The position numbers and the translations under genes were made by a program. Shown one piece after another: positions 36,665-39,047 of a DNA stretch of 39,047 bases. Source of the DNA: Piptocephalis cylindrospora (taxonomy: Eukaryota); the NCBI GenBank assembly GCA_003614145.1, contig KZ987732.1:1-39047 (forward strand), in the 5' to 3' direction. Position 1 is the stretch's first letter. Every line of letters starts with the position of its first letter. The notes beneath the pieces are model-generated. The model was not told the origin of the DNA. It saw only the letters and a program-made list of their open reading frames with translations, and searched no databases.

Positions 36665-38757
36665 CCAATGCCGAGGGATGGCGATCAAGAGTGGTGAGGA
36701 TCGTTAGGTATACACACGCGATAACCCAAGTAGTGCTTAGGAAGAGGATGTGTGGGGGGTATACGGGCGAATGACTCCACAAGTGAAACACGGGATCAGA
36801 GATATACGGCGCTGAGGCTGGAGAGACAAGCTAGCCAAGGAAGAGACTGTTTCGAAGGGGAGTAAATCGCACCAGCAGGGCAGGCGGTGGGAGGGAAGGA
36901 GGAGGACACAGGGAAAGGCAAAGTCGGGGGTAAGGTAGAAGTATGGGGGGAGAGAAGCAGGACAGCGGACGGACCACAGGCTACATGCACACAAACAACG
37001 CTTGAAGAGGTGTGAGGTGGCAGAGGAGGACAAGAGTGATGAGCAAATCTGACGTCTTCACGCTTAGATGGGATAAGTAAGGAGGATGGATAAGGGATAA
37101 GGAGGCGGCGATGATGGAAGACAAGGCAGTGATGACGGAAGTTAAGAACGGGATGGTGGAAAAGAAGAAAGCGGTAAGGATGGTCAAGGTCAACGAAACA
37201 CCTCCTTCCCCCCTTGCCCCTTCTCTTCCCTTTTGACACCTTGTCCTACGACGTCTCTCTTGGCATTTCACACCCTGAAGGAGTGAGCCCTTTCGTTGTG
37301 ATTTTCAGGATGGGAGACATTGGGTTCCGCATGACGGGGTCGGAAAAATCACTCCTTGAGACTCTTCCACCATCGTAATCCATGCTTACTTTCCTTGCCT
37401 CGGATGTCTCCGGGGGTTAACCCGAGTGATGACTGATTAAATGACTGACAATGAACGACGAGGACAGGCACATAAGCTAGTGCATTCGGAAACTCGTGAG
37501 CGCGCAAGGATGGCTGTGTCTCTTGCTCGATGAATGAATGGGCTGTATGTGAATGAGAAATGCGCGCACTGGGTGAATTGGTGTTGGACGAAGACCGCGG
37601 GGTAAGGAGCATGTGTTTCCCCTCCATCACCTACTGTTCCCGCTGAGTCAGCCTTGACGGACAAATGTGAGAGAGATATGAGGCTGTTATTGTTCTGTGG
37701 AAGGAAATACCCACACATATTTTGAGGATGAGATTGGGAGAGTTCGGGAAGACGGAGAAACCATCGGAATTGTGCAGCTAGTGTCGGGAGTGAATTTTGC
37801 AGGGTCTGAATCTTTCTCTGTCTGTCTGTATGTGTGATAGAGCGGATACACTAGCCTATTTTAGCAGGTGGAAGAGACGCTTCCATCATCCCAGAGAGCA
37901 GAGGATATACTGATTGGACAGGGGGTTGATTCGTGTGACAAGAGTGATATGAGTCAGTCTGATCTCCCCCGTTCCTGAAGCACTACCGAAGGAAGAATTG
38001 GGAGGGAACACAGACACTGGTGTGCTATCAGATATACGTTATTTTTTAAGGGGGGTTATTTATTTAGGATAAACTGATAACAATGAGTCGGGGAATAGGG
38101 ATGCGTTTGATATGTGGTTATGCGGTTATTTATAGGAGGGTTTATCCTTGTCTAGTGAATGGGTATAGGCCTAGGATGAAGAGTGTGCGTGTATGCGTGT
38201 GGGGCATTGGTTAGGGTTTACATTCAAAATGCATACGGCCTTTTCCCTTCCTTGTATCCTGATTCCCGTAAAATTGTCAATAGGAAAGGCTCTCTGGCAA
38301 AGACCATCCTATTCTTATTACACTACACTATACTGCCCTCATGTTGCTACATTGTTAGCTGAATGAAATCGTTTTGCTATGCGAGCAGGCGGCTAAGAGG
38401 GTACAAACACACGACCTACCCTGAAGCTCGTACATGTGGTATCAGGGCCAAAGACCCCGATGCACGGCCCTGTCAGTCATTTTCTGTAGCACTAAAACCT
38501 ATATCTGGCACACTCCGAGGCTATGACTCACTGGGAGGGACGCGTAGCATACCGATGAGAAAAGGATTTGAGGGATATGTCACTGAGGTTCATGTGCTTG
38601 ATTTAAGCGCAAGAAAAGAGCTGAATCCCATATTAATGCATCCATCTTTAGGAAAGCAATGAGATAGCTACATGAATAGAGTTTAAATATATTACCAAGG
38701 ATGGGAGAAAGAGTATGTGTGTGTGAGGATTAGGGGAATCGAGGGAGAAAGGAAAGG

Positions 38758-39047
38758 ACAGGAAGAGGAAGCATGCTAGGACTATCCCGTCTTTTCATCC
38801 TTCTTCTTTCCCTCATCCTTTCTGTCCCCTCTCGTTTCTTTTTGTGGTTTGGTTCCAGTGGTCATCCCGTGGTTTGGTACTGACTTACCAAACGTGATCA
38901 ATAGTTAAACTCCCTACAACAACAACTACTACTGCTACTTTGTCCCACGTCCAAGTAAATTAAAAAGAAACGAGAGGGGACAGAAAGGATGAGGGAAAGA
39001 AGAAGGATGAAAAGACGGGATAGTCCTAGCATGCTTCCTCTTCCTGT
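38758..39047. repeat. Perfect inverted repeat, 86-bp arms (38758-38843 / 38962-39047), 118-bp spacer, right arm ends at the window edge
   Basis: Base-by-base check: the reverse complement of 38758-38843 equals 38962-39047. Confidence 0.97.

Noticed and set aside
38363..38662. 99-aa ORF in the terminal intergenic region
   Set aside because: No motif, signal peptide or codon bias supporting it.

Overview
Eukaryotic, gene-dense fungal DNA with short GT-AG introns (about 55-115 nt). Gene content (TMEM94, ELMO, LRRC40-like) points to an early-diverging fungus, possibly Zoopagomycota such as the mycoparasite Piptocephalis; this is inference only. I could build 12 conserved genes by hand: TMEM94/ERMA-like P-type ATPase, LRRC40-like LRR protein, Elongin C, ArfGAP, arginase, ETF-alpha, ELMO, tubulin cofactor C, NOP10 (missed by the ORF track), BFR2/AATF, MSH6 and a NIPA-family Mg2+ transporter. 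Between them lie apparently lineage-specific items: an intronless signal-peptide protein kinase with an NLS-like motif (effector candidate), a Cys-rich repeat surface protein whose frame continues through a TAG into a second TM helix, and two decayed coding regions, one resembling an M28 peptidase. Other notable points: a Cys-rich ectodomain and a uORF-bearing leader on the NIPA transporter, a nested stem-loop downstream of ETF-alpha, and a perfect 86-bp inverted repeat at the window end (possibly an amplification artefact). No tRNA, rRNA, CRISPR array or recognisable transposase was found. All family calls are by-eye motif recognition; no searches were run.
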